A stretch of DNA of 63,627 nt, filler included, from Sphacelaria rigidula (Eukaryota), in the NCBI GenBank assembly GCA_964200075.2. It is 11 parts of 11 records of this genome, joined end to end, with 100 filler letters (N's around TTAATTAATTAA, not from the genome) between each part and the next. Parts side by side here need not be neighbours in the genome. Positions count along the whole stretch, not along the records: positions 1 to 5,694 come from CAXNAA020025195.1; positions 5,795 to 11,488 come from CAXNAA020025196.1; 9 more parts are not named here. One strand, written 5' to 3'. The notes beneath the pieces are model-generated. The model saw only the letters and a program-made list of their open reading frames with translations. It was not told the DNA's origin and did not search any database. The position numbers and the translations under genes are program-made. Positions 1 through 10,189 of this stretch are shown here, one piece after another (within the stretch, counting starts at the first letter, position 1; every line of letters starts with the position of its first letter).

Positions 1-1238
1 CCACGTGTACGCCAGCATTTCACCCTGCACACGCGATACGATCATGCTCGATCAACAAGCATGTTCCAGGCGCAAACGTGACCACAAACCACACAATAAC
101 AAGCTGCGATCATTCTCAAAACGATTCGCGAATGCCTGTCATAATGTGTTTCCTTATTCTCAACAAGCACTCAATCACCTCAGCACTTGCTCCCCAACAT
201 CAGCACCCAACTCGGCGCTCACCGCAACAGCAAGCACCTCAGGCAATGCCTCCTTTGTAGTCCTCCAGCCCGCTGCTGAAAAACAGTAGCACTCGAACCA
301 CGACCCGGTGCAGAGCACAGAGCATTTTTTCCACTAGAACTCGCTCCTCGCGCCATGAGTCCAGCTACAGCTCCCACCCTCATGGAGCGGCTCAGCTCGC
401 CACTAAACGGTATATCCGCACCGCCGAACCAATGCGACAAGACATCTGCCTCCACGGATACTTGGGCAGTACTGAACACCTGTCCTTCAGTCAGTTTTAC
501 ATAGGAAACAAGAGGCGACACGGGAGCAGCCACATAGTTCCCAACAGCAACACCTCCGGATGGCACACTATCCTACTCAAATACCCTGCGACGCAAGTGT
601 GGAGAAACCTCCGCCATCGCCGCCAAACACGCCAAAGCTGTCCATGTAAACAGCAGTGCGTATGACCACCGCAACACCACGCAATCCAGTGAATCCACAT
701 GCGTGAACCCGGCATCCACTTTTCCTGCAAGCAGACACCTCCTGCGAATCATCTGAATAACCAACCGCCGTATCACTGGAGCAGACAGACTCGCCCTGAG
801 CATGGCAAGCCTCAAGCTTGCTCTGCTCGCTCTCATCACGAAGATAACACCCACTTGCAGCGGTGAGCATGTGAGGTGTGTCCTCAATCACGCGCTGGTC
901 CGGCGGCCACAAGCAACCAGGGCCTTTGCCTCTCAGCGCTAGCTCATCGAAGCGACTTGTCTATGCCCTATCAACAGCGCCGGAAGCAGCGGCTGGATCA
1001 AATGTACTCGCTTCAGCCATCACTTCCTGCCCAGCGCACTCCTGAACGGCAACAGCAGCAGCTGGGCTGCCTGCCGTCCGCTCGAGATGCGTGGCATGTT
1101 CGTCCTCTTCAACAGCTACACCAGCAGTATCCGAAAGAGTGCTTACTGCGGTATTGTGGGCGGGAGTGCTCATACCTACGCGCTTTGAAAGATACGTGCT
1201 GTGTCTCCTTCCTGCTCTTCATAGTAGAAGCAGCTGGC

Positions 1239-1466
1239 CTGTATCGTTGCTTCAGACGCGAAGTACTGACTGCACGTCCAGCGGGTGCATTATCGTGCCT
1301 GTCCCCTTGGGCAGACACATACTTCTCGGCTTTCACAGTGCAAGTTGCTGCCCTATATCGTTGTTTCAGATGCCCACCACTTACTGCACGTCTGGTAAGC
1401 GGACGGTCGTGCCTGTCCCCTTCGACAGAGACATGCTTCTCACCCTTTACAGTGCATGCGAGAGCT
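1239..1466 (-). repeat. Two diverged 114-bp tandem units in the region 3' of Gypsy pol
   Basis: Units at ~1239-1352 and ~1353-1466. In ORF 1109-1672(-) they read TVKGEKHVSVEGDRHDRPLTRRAVSGGHLKQRYRAATC / TVKAEKYVSAQGDRHDNAPAGRAVSTSRLKQRYRPAAS. Confidence 0.8.
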
Positions 1467-2207
1467 CTTTCATACCTTTCCCCTCTGAAAGACACGTGCT
1501 GTGTGACGAGTGCGCGCTTCACAGTGCGATGCACCCCACCGAACGGCGCATACTTGCGCAACGCGAAAAGCAACTGCTCGTTTTCAACATCATAAGCATG
1601 CTTCAAGCACGTGTCACACAGACATCTATAGAGCCCTCCTGGACTCAGAACAAGGTCACAAGATTGCTCCAAGGGCTTCCTCCCTCACTGGGGCCTGGAG
1701 ACTTCAAGACAGTTGTTATTCATAAACACACAGACTTCGTTATCGACAGTAACCACATGCGTGAAGCATGTGATGTTCAAATCAACATAGTCTGTCGGTC
1801 AGACCCGCAAGTCCGTTAACCAATAGAAAACGCCTACAACAGATTGTTCCACTTGTAGATCCTCATGAACCTGCACGTACGTGTACTGGAGGTGGACTAC
1901 TCTACAGCACCCCCAGAAACTCCGCACTACTCGAAGTAGAACGCGAGTTTCACGAAACAGTAGACACCGACTATCACGTATGCTACCTTTGTCCCCCCTA
2001 TAGTGACACATGACCTTGTATTGTCATGTTCCACAAAAACAATAACGTGCACAACTTTGAGCATCGACACTCAAAGACAATGTCTCAAGCGAACTCAGGG
2101 AAGTCAACCATTCTTCAACGGTAATTTCCACATAAGCATTCTTATACAAAGTAAAGGTGTCAAGTTAAGTACCATCTGAACCAGTAGCATTCGATATCAT
2201 CATATTT

Positions 2208-5200
2208 TCAAAGCTTCAAACTATACTTTGCCTGCAAACGTGCTCGCACCTTTTTACTCAGTCCCAACTTACGCAGCTCAGATTTTACAAATTGCGAGGG
2301 ACCGTCCAAAATATTTTCCAGAGGCTCCCACGAGTTTTCATCTTTGCCAAATCGGACCCACTTCACTTGTACATTAAATCTATATCCTGCTTCGTCCTCA
2401 GATATATCGGCAATAGCCGCCATCTCAAACTCGCCTTGTGCAAAAGCATACTGGAACACCTCCTTAACATCAGCCGTAGTCTGCAGCTCCTTTTCCGAAT
2501 AAAATCAAAGGCGGGCGACATGCACATCTTGTACTTCGCCATTCACAATGTTCTGTGCCTCGTACACATGTTGTTGTTCCGCCATCACAATCCGCCAAGG
2601 CCCCGTCCACGTACTCACAACCTTCGGCGTAGGTCCCGAACACCTCACCCTCGCCGCCAGCACGTAATCGCCCACCACAAAGTTAGTAAGCTTTCCTTTA
2701 CTAGCCACACGTCTCTGTAGATCGCGATTCTTGTCGACACGCTGCGCCACCTTCTTGTGAAGCTCTTGCTGAGCCTCAACGATTGACGTCACCTGTCGCC
2801 TCAAAGCGTCTTCGTCAAGCACATCGACGCTCCATTCGCCCCCAGTTGAAGATGACAGAGTAGAGAAACTGGAGTCATCCTACGATAGGGGGGGGGTATT
2901 TGGTTGCACGAAAAAAGAGGCTCATAAGTGTGTCAGACACCCTTCCACACTTGCGTTGCGCTTGTATTTGGTTCCAAACGGTGTCAGGCAGTATGGATGA
3001 GCGTTATTGATCCACAACAAGCTTGTTCGAACAACTGTTGCTGTTCTCAACGACAATCTGGCTCGAAATTTCGAGCAACAAATGGCCCAAAATACCCCCC
3101 CCCCTATCGTAGGATGACTCACTGGTGCGCGGTGCCCGGCCAAACATAACATGGTATGGCGTGCTAGCATAACGCTCTCGGAAAGCAGTGCTTAACGCAC
3201 ACTGCTACTGCAGGTACCAAACTCATCCATTCACGAACATCACGCCTTTCCTCTTGCAAAATTGCCTTCAAGGTACGAACAATCTCACGCATCATTCGCT
3301 CACAAGTGCCATTAGACCATGGCGAGTTAGCAACCGCGAATCGGCGATCCATCTTCAGCGCCTTCTCAAGCGCTCTCATTACACGATTCTTGAAATGCGA
3401 TGCCGTATCGCTGACCCATACCTCTGGCGACCCCAGCGTTTTGCACCATGTCAACAGATGCTTCACCGTCGTGGTCGCCACAACCCCTCGGAGACCAGCC
3501 CCTTTCATGTGAGCGCATACCATCAAGCGTGTTTGTAGTTCTCTCGCTGCCGGTGAGATCCACAATACATCCCTTCCTGCAACATACACGCGAAACAAAC
3601 CCTCACCGTCTTTGAAGACATACCCAACAGCGGCAGTAAACGTCTCAGCACCGTCAACCATACCTCCTAAACCCTCACGGGCTTGCTCTTGGGCTTCACG
3701 AACGGCCGCTTTCGACGGTAGCGTCTCATCAGGCTCTCCACTTGCAAAAATAGCGATAGCTCTCACGGATACCGCTGGAACGTTCACCCACCGGGACAGT
3801 AGATCTCCCCAGCAGTTACGCTCACCAGAAATATGCCTGATTGAATAATCATACTGCCCGAGTACAGTCTTCCATTGTTCAAGACGCTGGGCGGCAGCTT
3901 TCGCCCGTGTGGTCACACATGCTTCGGGATCAAAAATATAAGCGAAATTGCGATGGTCCGGATATATGGTCACTCCGCCCCACAAAAGGTACTCCGACCG
4001 ACGAAACGAACTCACGATGGCATACACTTCCTTGTACACCGTAGCCCACCGCAACTGCGCTCCTCGAAACGTCCCACTAAGAAATCTCAGGGGCTCATGA
4101 TTCATGTCCTCCACCGCTATATTGCGGTCCAATTCAGCTCTCGGTACCTGGGTCACGAAAGTATCCCAATGAAGATCCGACGCGTTTGGAAACATCATCA
4201 CCTTATAGCCCTTTTTGGGATGTGACAGAGCAACAGCATGTGCCACCAAATCTTGCGCCGCTCTCCAAGCTTGCGCACGCTCAAACGTCCACGCCGCGTC
4301 CTTGATTGTCCTGTTTGAAGCAACCCGACGCACGTTGCCCACCATATGCCCCTTGAGCAAAACACGAAGGGGCTCCACCACTTCAGCAAGGCGCGGAAGA
4401 GACGTCCGCAGCCAATTCACCGCTTGCAAAAACTGCATCAACTCGCCCGCGGTTTGAGGACGCCTCATATTCGTCAAACCGCTCAGCCGATCCCTGTCGT
4501 GAGCCACCTGTCCATCCGAGAGACCCTTTCCGCACCACGTAATTTCCGTATCATAAAACATACACTTGTGTGCAGCCGCAAAAAGACCAGCATCCTCGAG
4601 GCGGCTTAAAATCGCATTCAGCGTGCACAGCAAGTCATCTCCATTTGCCCCCCACCACAGATGTCATCTACCCATACCTTACATGGAAGTATAGTGAATA
4701 GCTTCGTCATAGTGCCCTGAAAATACCCCGTAGCGTTGAGTACTCCTTGAGGCACGCTCGTAGGCGTGAATAACCCGTCAGGGGTTGCAATAGTGAAGAT
4801 TTCTTGGGCATCTGCCGCCAACGGCATCTGTCAGTATCCCTGCAGCATGTCTAGCTTTCCAAAACAAGCAGCTCCTACCAAATCCGCCATCTCCGCTTCT
4901 TGGTTTGGCATCACAGTCGGCACTTTCTCAATCTGCTCATTAACGGCACGGTAATCACCCACCAGTCTGAAACCACCTTTTTTAGGCGGTGCAACAGCCG
5001 CGCTCGCCCATACTGCCTGCAAACTACGAAACACGAGCCCGAGCGCCACCAACGTTGCCATGCAACGTGCCAACCATGCCATCTTAACTGGAGAGTATGC
5101 TCGCGGCCTAGCCTTAACTGCCGTAGCACCAGGTTTGAATGTCACCCTGAGAGGGTCGGCACGAGCGGGCGGATCACCACGTAGCGCTCGCCGAAAAGCA

Positions 5201-5694
5201 TTCGCACGGCGGTTTACAAGCTCGCGAAGCTTGCCCACGCCGCTGTCGGACATACCATTATTGGCAGCTGCTAGTACCGCCTCCTCCAGCGCGACCTTAC
5301 GCTCACAGCTCTTGTTCGGGGGTCATACTCATTCCCGGACCGCGCGACACCAGCCGCTCGACTGAGGGATCCACGGGCTCCTCCCGATCACCTTGGTGCT
5401 GCAGAGCCTCAACCGCGATGTTGATACGTCGACAGTCCGTGAAATCAGGCGTGTTTACACCTCGCACCGAAGTGTTTCCTGCACGTGCACATGCACCTAA
5501 GCTACTGTACACGTCAATGCCCAGCGCCTCCAGCGTAGGGCTTCCCATGATGATCACATCATCGGTACCCGGCATGACCACATATGAACATGGGTCCAGC
5601 ACAACCGGTCCCCAGCTGGTGTGTAAAGCGATGCGGACAGGGCAAGTGTTCTGCTTCACGCGCTCAACATTGACATTTGCCGATTTCACCAGCT
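2208..5694 (-). mobile_element. Decayed Ty3/Gypsy LTR retrotransposon pol (protease region-RT-RNase H-integrase-chromodomain)
   Basis: Minus-strand ORF pieces in Gypsy order: 5303-5689 (DDVIIMGSPTL, protease C-end), 4831-5253 (WASAAVAPPKKGGFRLVGDYRAVN...KLDMLQGY), 4618-4827 (PQGVLNATGYFQ...WVDD), 3164-4633 (RT thumb, RNase H HISGERNCWGDLLSR, integrase VSDTASHF...NGTCER), 2505-2822 (WTGPWRI, GPY/F-like) and 2208-2459 (VKW...ENSWEPLENI, chromodomain-like). Broken by stops and frameshifts. Confidence 0.93.
2872..3120. mobile_element. 249-bp MITE nested in the Gypsy integrase (GAG...CTC termini, 4-bp TSD; Sola-like)
   Basis: About 30-bp TIRs GAGTCATCCTACGATAGGGGGGGGGTATTT / AAATACCCCCCCCCCTATCGTAGGATGACTC. 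ACTG is duplicated at 2868-2871 and 3121-3124. Excision restores the frame ...YHVMFGRAPRTSFSTLSSSTGGEWSVDVLDED... Confidence 0.9.
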
Positions 5695-5794
5695 NNNNNN
5701 NNNNNNNNNNNNNNNNNNNNNNNNNNNNNNNNNNNNNNTTAATTAATTAANNNNNNNNNNNNNNNNNNNNNNNNNNNNNNNNNNNNNNNNNNNN
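5695..5794. other. Artificial contig-joining spacer (first of 10)
   Basis: 44 N + TTAATTAATTAA (stops in all six frames) + 44 N. Identical 100-bp spacers at 11489-11588, 17283-17382, 23077-23176, 28870-28969, 34663-34762, 40456-40555, 46249-46348, 52042-52141 and 57835-57934. The pieces between are 5694 or 5693 bp. Confidence 0.99.
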
Positions 5795-5811
5795 CTACGC
5801 GATCGAGGGGC

Positions 5812-6018
5812 ATTATTATTATGATTATTATTATGATTATTATTATGATTATTATTATGATTATTATTATGATGATGATTATTATTATTATGCTTATTAT
5901 AATTATGATGATTATTATTATTTTTTATTATCATTATTATCATTATTATTATGCTTATTATAATTATGATTATTATTATTATTATTATTATTGTTATTGT
6001 TGTTGTTGTTGTTGTTGA

Positions 6019-6073
<55 letters not shown>

Positions 6074-6095
6074 TATTATTATTATTATTATTATT
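5812..6095. repeat. Compound (ATT)n/(GTT)n microsatellite abutting a retroposon 3' end
   Basis: ~280 bp of ATT/ATG/GTT triplets followed directly by CGCACATTAGTCCGAT...GAACCCGTGGTCACAGACGTAGGCTCGC. The same motif recurs at ~10203 (also behind an ATT run) and at ~27241. Confidence 0.9.
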
Positions 6096-7755
6096 TTCGC
6101 ACATTAGTCCGATTTCGCGAACCCGTGGTCACAGACGTAGGCTCGCCTTTCCAATACCGTCCTTGCTATTCCTTACCAGACACATTAATTACCAAAATCA
6201 ATGAAAAATAAAAATGAGAAGAGCGACGCCACGAAAACCGGTGCGAATTAGGCCGACGAAAACGCCATTGGGCACCATCGCTGAAAGTGTGGGGGGTTGG
6301 GTTATAGGCTTGAACCTCATCTCGGAGTTAAACCTCAATTCGCACACTTATTTGTTGTTCGCAAATTCATCGGGGGCATATCCCTCCTAGCACGTTGGAA
6401 TAGTAATCCTAGCATACTCACATATCCCGTAAGTCGTTTCTTGGATAAGATAGGGGGCTCCCAACAATAATTCAAGCCTCAGAAAATATTTGTGCACCCC
6501 TACCATAGCATCGCCCTTCCACCGCACATTTTCGATCGAAAACTAAAGTGCTAATACATGCCCTTACTCCGAATGACGTCGACGATGCACTCCTTCGGTT
6601 GCTTCAACCGCCCGCGCGTCACCTGTCGAATCCGCACCATGTTTCACTTCACCCTTCGACGGCCGTCATCTCGGTCACGCAGTATTTTTCAAGTGAAAAT
6701 GATGCCGATTCAACAGATGACCTACCCTAGCGGGCAAAGGGTTGAAAGTATGTCATTCAGACTCGGTTGATATCTGCGGGGGAAAGGCGTTCGCTTTGTA
6801 GGCTCTTTGAGCTAGAAAAACAAAAACATGTTTTTGGCCCTAAAGAGCCTACGGAGCAAAGGCCTAGCGGGGACACTGATCATACGAACGAGCCAACCAG
6901 CACAAGTTCTGCCGCAAAAGTAGCCCAAAAATAGTTCCGCCGCATCGACCAGGTGGCGTTCACTGTTGGCTGTTGAGCTCTTGACCTCTTGGGTCGGATA
7001 CGACTGGTGCGAGACACAAAATAAATGCTTTCTGGCGAATGCTGATGTAGCTGGCTTGTTCGGTGTCATCCAAAAGGTTATCGTGGCGCCTCAACTACTA
7101 ACCGGAGACCAAATCGAGATAGCAGGAGCAGTATACCTCACGATACGGAGGTCGCTCACACATGATTTGACTGATGGTGAAACTTTCGAAATCAATATTT
7201 GAGACGGATCCACTGCACACACAGACTCCCACAAGACAAACAAGGTGCTACATACACAAGTATCTTGTTCGCCATGTGCTACTCGCGTAAATCGGAGAAC
7301 ATGTCGAATGTGTATATATCGGGGAAGGCGAAGCAAAGTCGCAAGCCCATGTTGCTGCGTTTGTTGAAAGCTTGAAGCTGAAATGATATGTAGGTACAAA
7401 ACATTTCAGATTACCGAACGCCGCTCGCTCTTTTTCAACATGATCAGAAATATAATTCGCATTTTCTCAGCGAGTGATTTTGTAAATGTATCTTATGTTC
7501 AAGCTCATTGGGTTGCGGACCGGCTCTCCGCACTGTCACGCATGTTGGATTGTAACTGGCTCTTTTGGCCAGTTTCCTGTTCGAGAAAAAACCCAAACCT
7601 ACATACACCTGATAGCGCACAAGAGTATATCGCCCGCCTACCCAGTCTTCCCACCTCACAACTACAAACATCGATCTGCAGCGTCACCATCAACTGTGGA
7701 CAACCCGAAAAACAAGACGACAACAACAACAACAACAACAGTCGACACAGCAACC

Positions 7756-8413
7756 ATGGCCAGTTCTTACGGAGACAACAGGTTCACCGGCCTAGACCCC
7801 TTTGCCAGCTATACCAAAGAGGTATGCGCGCTAAAATTGTTCTGTCGGATGTATGTGGGGAAGCGGTTTTAGGTATGCGGCCCATAGGATATCATGTAGA
7901 GAAGAATACGGCCCCGATGAAATATACTTGGAAGTAGTATCAGTTGTGCAACATGTCCGTACAGACAGGAGTAGATCTGATGGCGATGGATCGAAAATGT
8001 GGCGACACGATAAATTGTCGCGAGGGCCTGTGCAAGAGCGACACATCTCGTCTCTGTTCCGGTTACATAGTACAAGGCCACTAACTCTTTTCACCCCAAC
8101 ACTGAACAAGGCTGTGATTGCGACCTATCCTGCACAATGCTGCCTGAACGCTGTCCCCCGCATCTTGAACAAACGAACTTGTGCTTCTGCCGCTGATGAT
8201 GATGATACGATGATGGATGCCCACAAAACGAGCGCTCTCTTCTATTTTTTAAACCAGATGTCCATGACGGCGGGCCTTCTCTGCCTGTACGGGCTGCTGA
8301 ACCTCGTCCCTGGCGTGTATGAGCTGGTGCGTGTCACTACTGACGGTCAAGACTGGTCGGGAGGAGAAGACACTTACCCTCCGGTCGTGCTGCACCTCGC
8401 ATCCCTCATCCAG
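7756..8413 (+). CDS. 5' part (2 exons) of an uncharacterised, probably membrane, protein
   Basis: Exon 1 7756-7821 (MASSYGDNRFTGLDPFASYTKE, donor GAG|GTATGC; CAACC-ATG context after a CAA-repeat 5'UTR). Exon 2 8258-8413 (pyrimidine tract + CAG|, MSMTAGLLCLYGLLNLVPGVYELVRVTTDGQDWSGGEDTYPPVVLHLASLIQ, donor CAG|GTACTG). Both junctions are phase 0. No later exon identified. Confidence 0.7.
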
Positions 8414-9880
8414 GTACTGTAGATTGCGCTCTGAAACCCCGCCGTCCAGGATGCCTCCCTGCTCGGTGTTACTGCTGCGCATTTTTGCGCGAAAGTGTTG
8501 CAAGATGCTCATGATGTTTGTTTTTGTTAGGCTATGGTGCGCAGCTCTGTGGAACCAAATGAACACGTCCGCCAAAGAATCTCGAGGATTCAAGGTACAC
8601 GTTACCCCGTCCAGGGCGCGGTGGTGCATTCACTAACCATGTGGTTTCTGCGGTCTGAACGCATCGAGCTGTACAGTTCCGGACAGGCCGTGCAGCGCGG
8701 TATTTGGTGTTTTGTGCGCAAAAACACAACTGCAACTACTCCTCTCCTTGAACAATTATTATTCAGGTTGAAGTTTGTGACGCAACCTACATACACCACG
8801 GCCACGATAACCATCTCGATGGTGAGAACAGCGGTATCCCAATATCCAGAAATCTCCAAGCATTCCCCACTACCGCAGTCGTCGACATGCAGCAGATGTT
8901 AGTGATCTCCAAGCACTGCACGCTAGTTATTTCAGGTATCAACCAAAGATGGGAAGACGTGAATACCCCCATGCTTCGACAGCGGAAGTTTTCGCGGGCC
9001 AAAGAAGTCAAGACCCTGAATAATTGCCGCTTCATGCAGAGACCTAATTGTTCCGGGGACGGATCAAGTCGAAGAAAGTCTCGACGCAAAACAATCTGAA
9101 ACAAAAATTATCGATGTGCGATAGATGGGTAGCGAGCTCTGAAGCCAGCGACCAGTACACACTGCTGGGCCTGCGGCATCTTGGTCCCTGCAATCGTTTT
9201 GGTCAACTAGAGGACATCTGATTCAACCGAAAATCACCAATTACAAGGACAGACGATTGATCCAAGCATGGGCTCCACTACTGCCTGTGTTGACCTTCCT
9301 CCTATGTAACCCCAGCTGATGCGCGCACATATACCGGAAAGTATATAGACCGGCGTCCAAAATAGATGGGACGACAACACTCCTGCGGATGGGTTGCATT
9401 TGTCTGCACTGTACTGTTTCATACTCTACCCAACTCAAAATTGCACCCTGCTCTTCTTCAGTCACATTCAACTCATGATGCGGATATATATGAAAAGCAG
9501 TGTATTATCTTGACACCATATACCCGCCGTGCGTATAGCTGACGGGCCCTTGCTTGTTCAGCACGCAAGACCGGCTCCTTCAAGTTACACGACCTCTTTG
9601 TTTTGCGGGTGTAGGTTGGTTTCTTGAACCCTACGACCGCGAGGGCAGATCGTCTGGCCATGCAGTCATTTTTCAAGTACATTTGATGCTGATTCAACAG
9701 GCAGATGACCTACTGTATGCCCGCGCTCCAAGGGTTGAGACGTTACGTTTTGCGCGACTGCGCTTATTTTAGCTTTCACCGCGAACATGTGTGAAATATA
9801 TGTTGTCGGTGATAGTATCCCCTGAAGAATATGACGAAAGGATCTGGATTATCCAACCTCGAGATCACACGAGGCAGCTC

Positions 9881-10010
9881 TTGATTGATTTGATTGATTG
9901 TCGCACCTCAACTGATCCCCCAGGGGTCCAGCCGTGGTCTCATGACAGACGTACTCAAGAAAAACGGAAGTCAAACACGCTCTAAGGAAAATAAAAAAAA
10001 GGAACAGAAA
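9881..10010 (-). mobile_element. RTE-type LINE 3' end with (CAAT)n tail
   Basis: TTGA repeats followed by GTCGCACCTCAACTGATCCCCCAGGGGTCCAGCCGTGGTCTC, which matches the 3' end of the RTE fragment at 20951-22207 and the copy at 42826-43084. Confidence 0.8.
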
Positions 10011-10153
10011 ACAATAGGAACAGGGAAAAAAAGCCCTACGAGCGTACAATGCTGAAGGTCGCCCCTCGATTGACCACCGTATAGGAGATATAGGAACGCT
10101 GGATTAATATATATATATATAGTACTATTTTACTACTATTATTTCCATTTCTA

Positions 10154-10189
<36 letters not shown>

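Noticed and set aside
1239..1466. Relationship between the Gypsy-associated 114-bp repeat and the 114-bp EsV-1-7 unit
   Set aside because: Same length only; no shared nucleotide or Cys/His pattern visible.
5739..5750. Periodic TTAATTAATTAA motif every ~5.8 kb as a biological signal
   Set aside because: It always sits in the middle of 88 Ns; it is a synthetic six-frame-stop linker. ORFs containing X runs are artefacts.
5743..6211. Poly-Ile/Asn/Tyr ORFs
   Set aside because: Translations of the ATT microsatellite.
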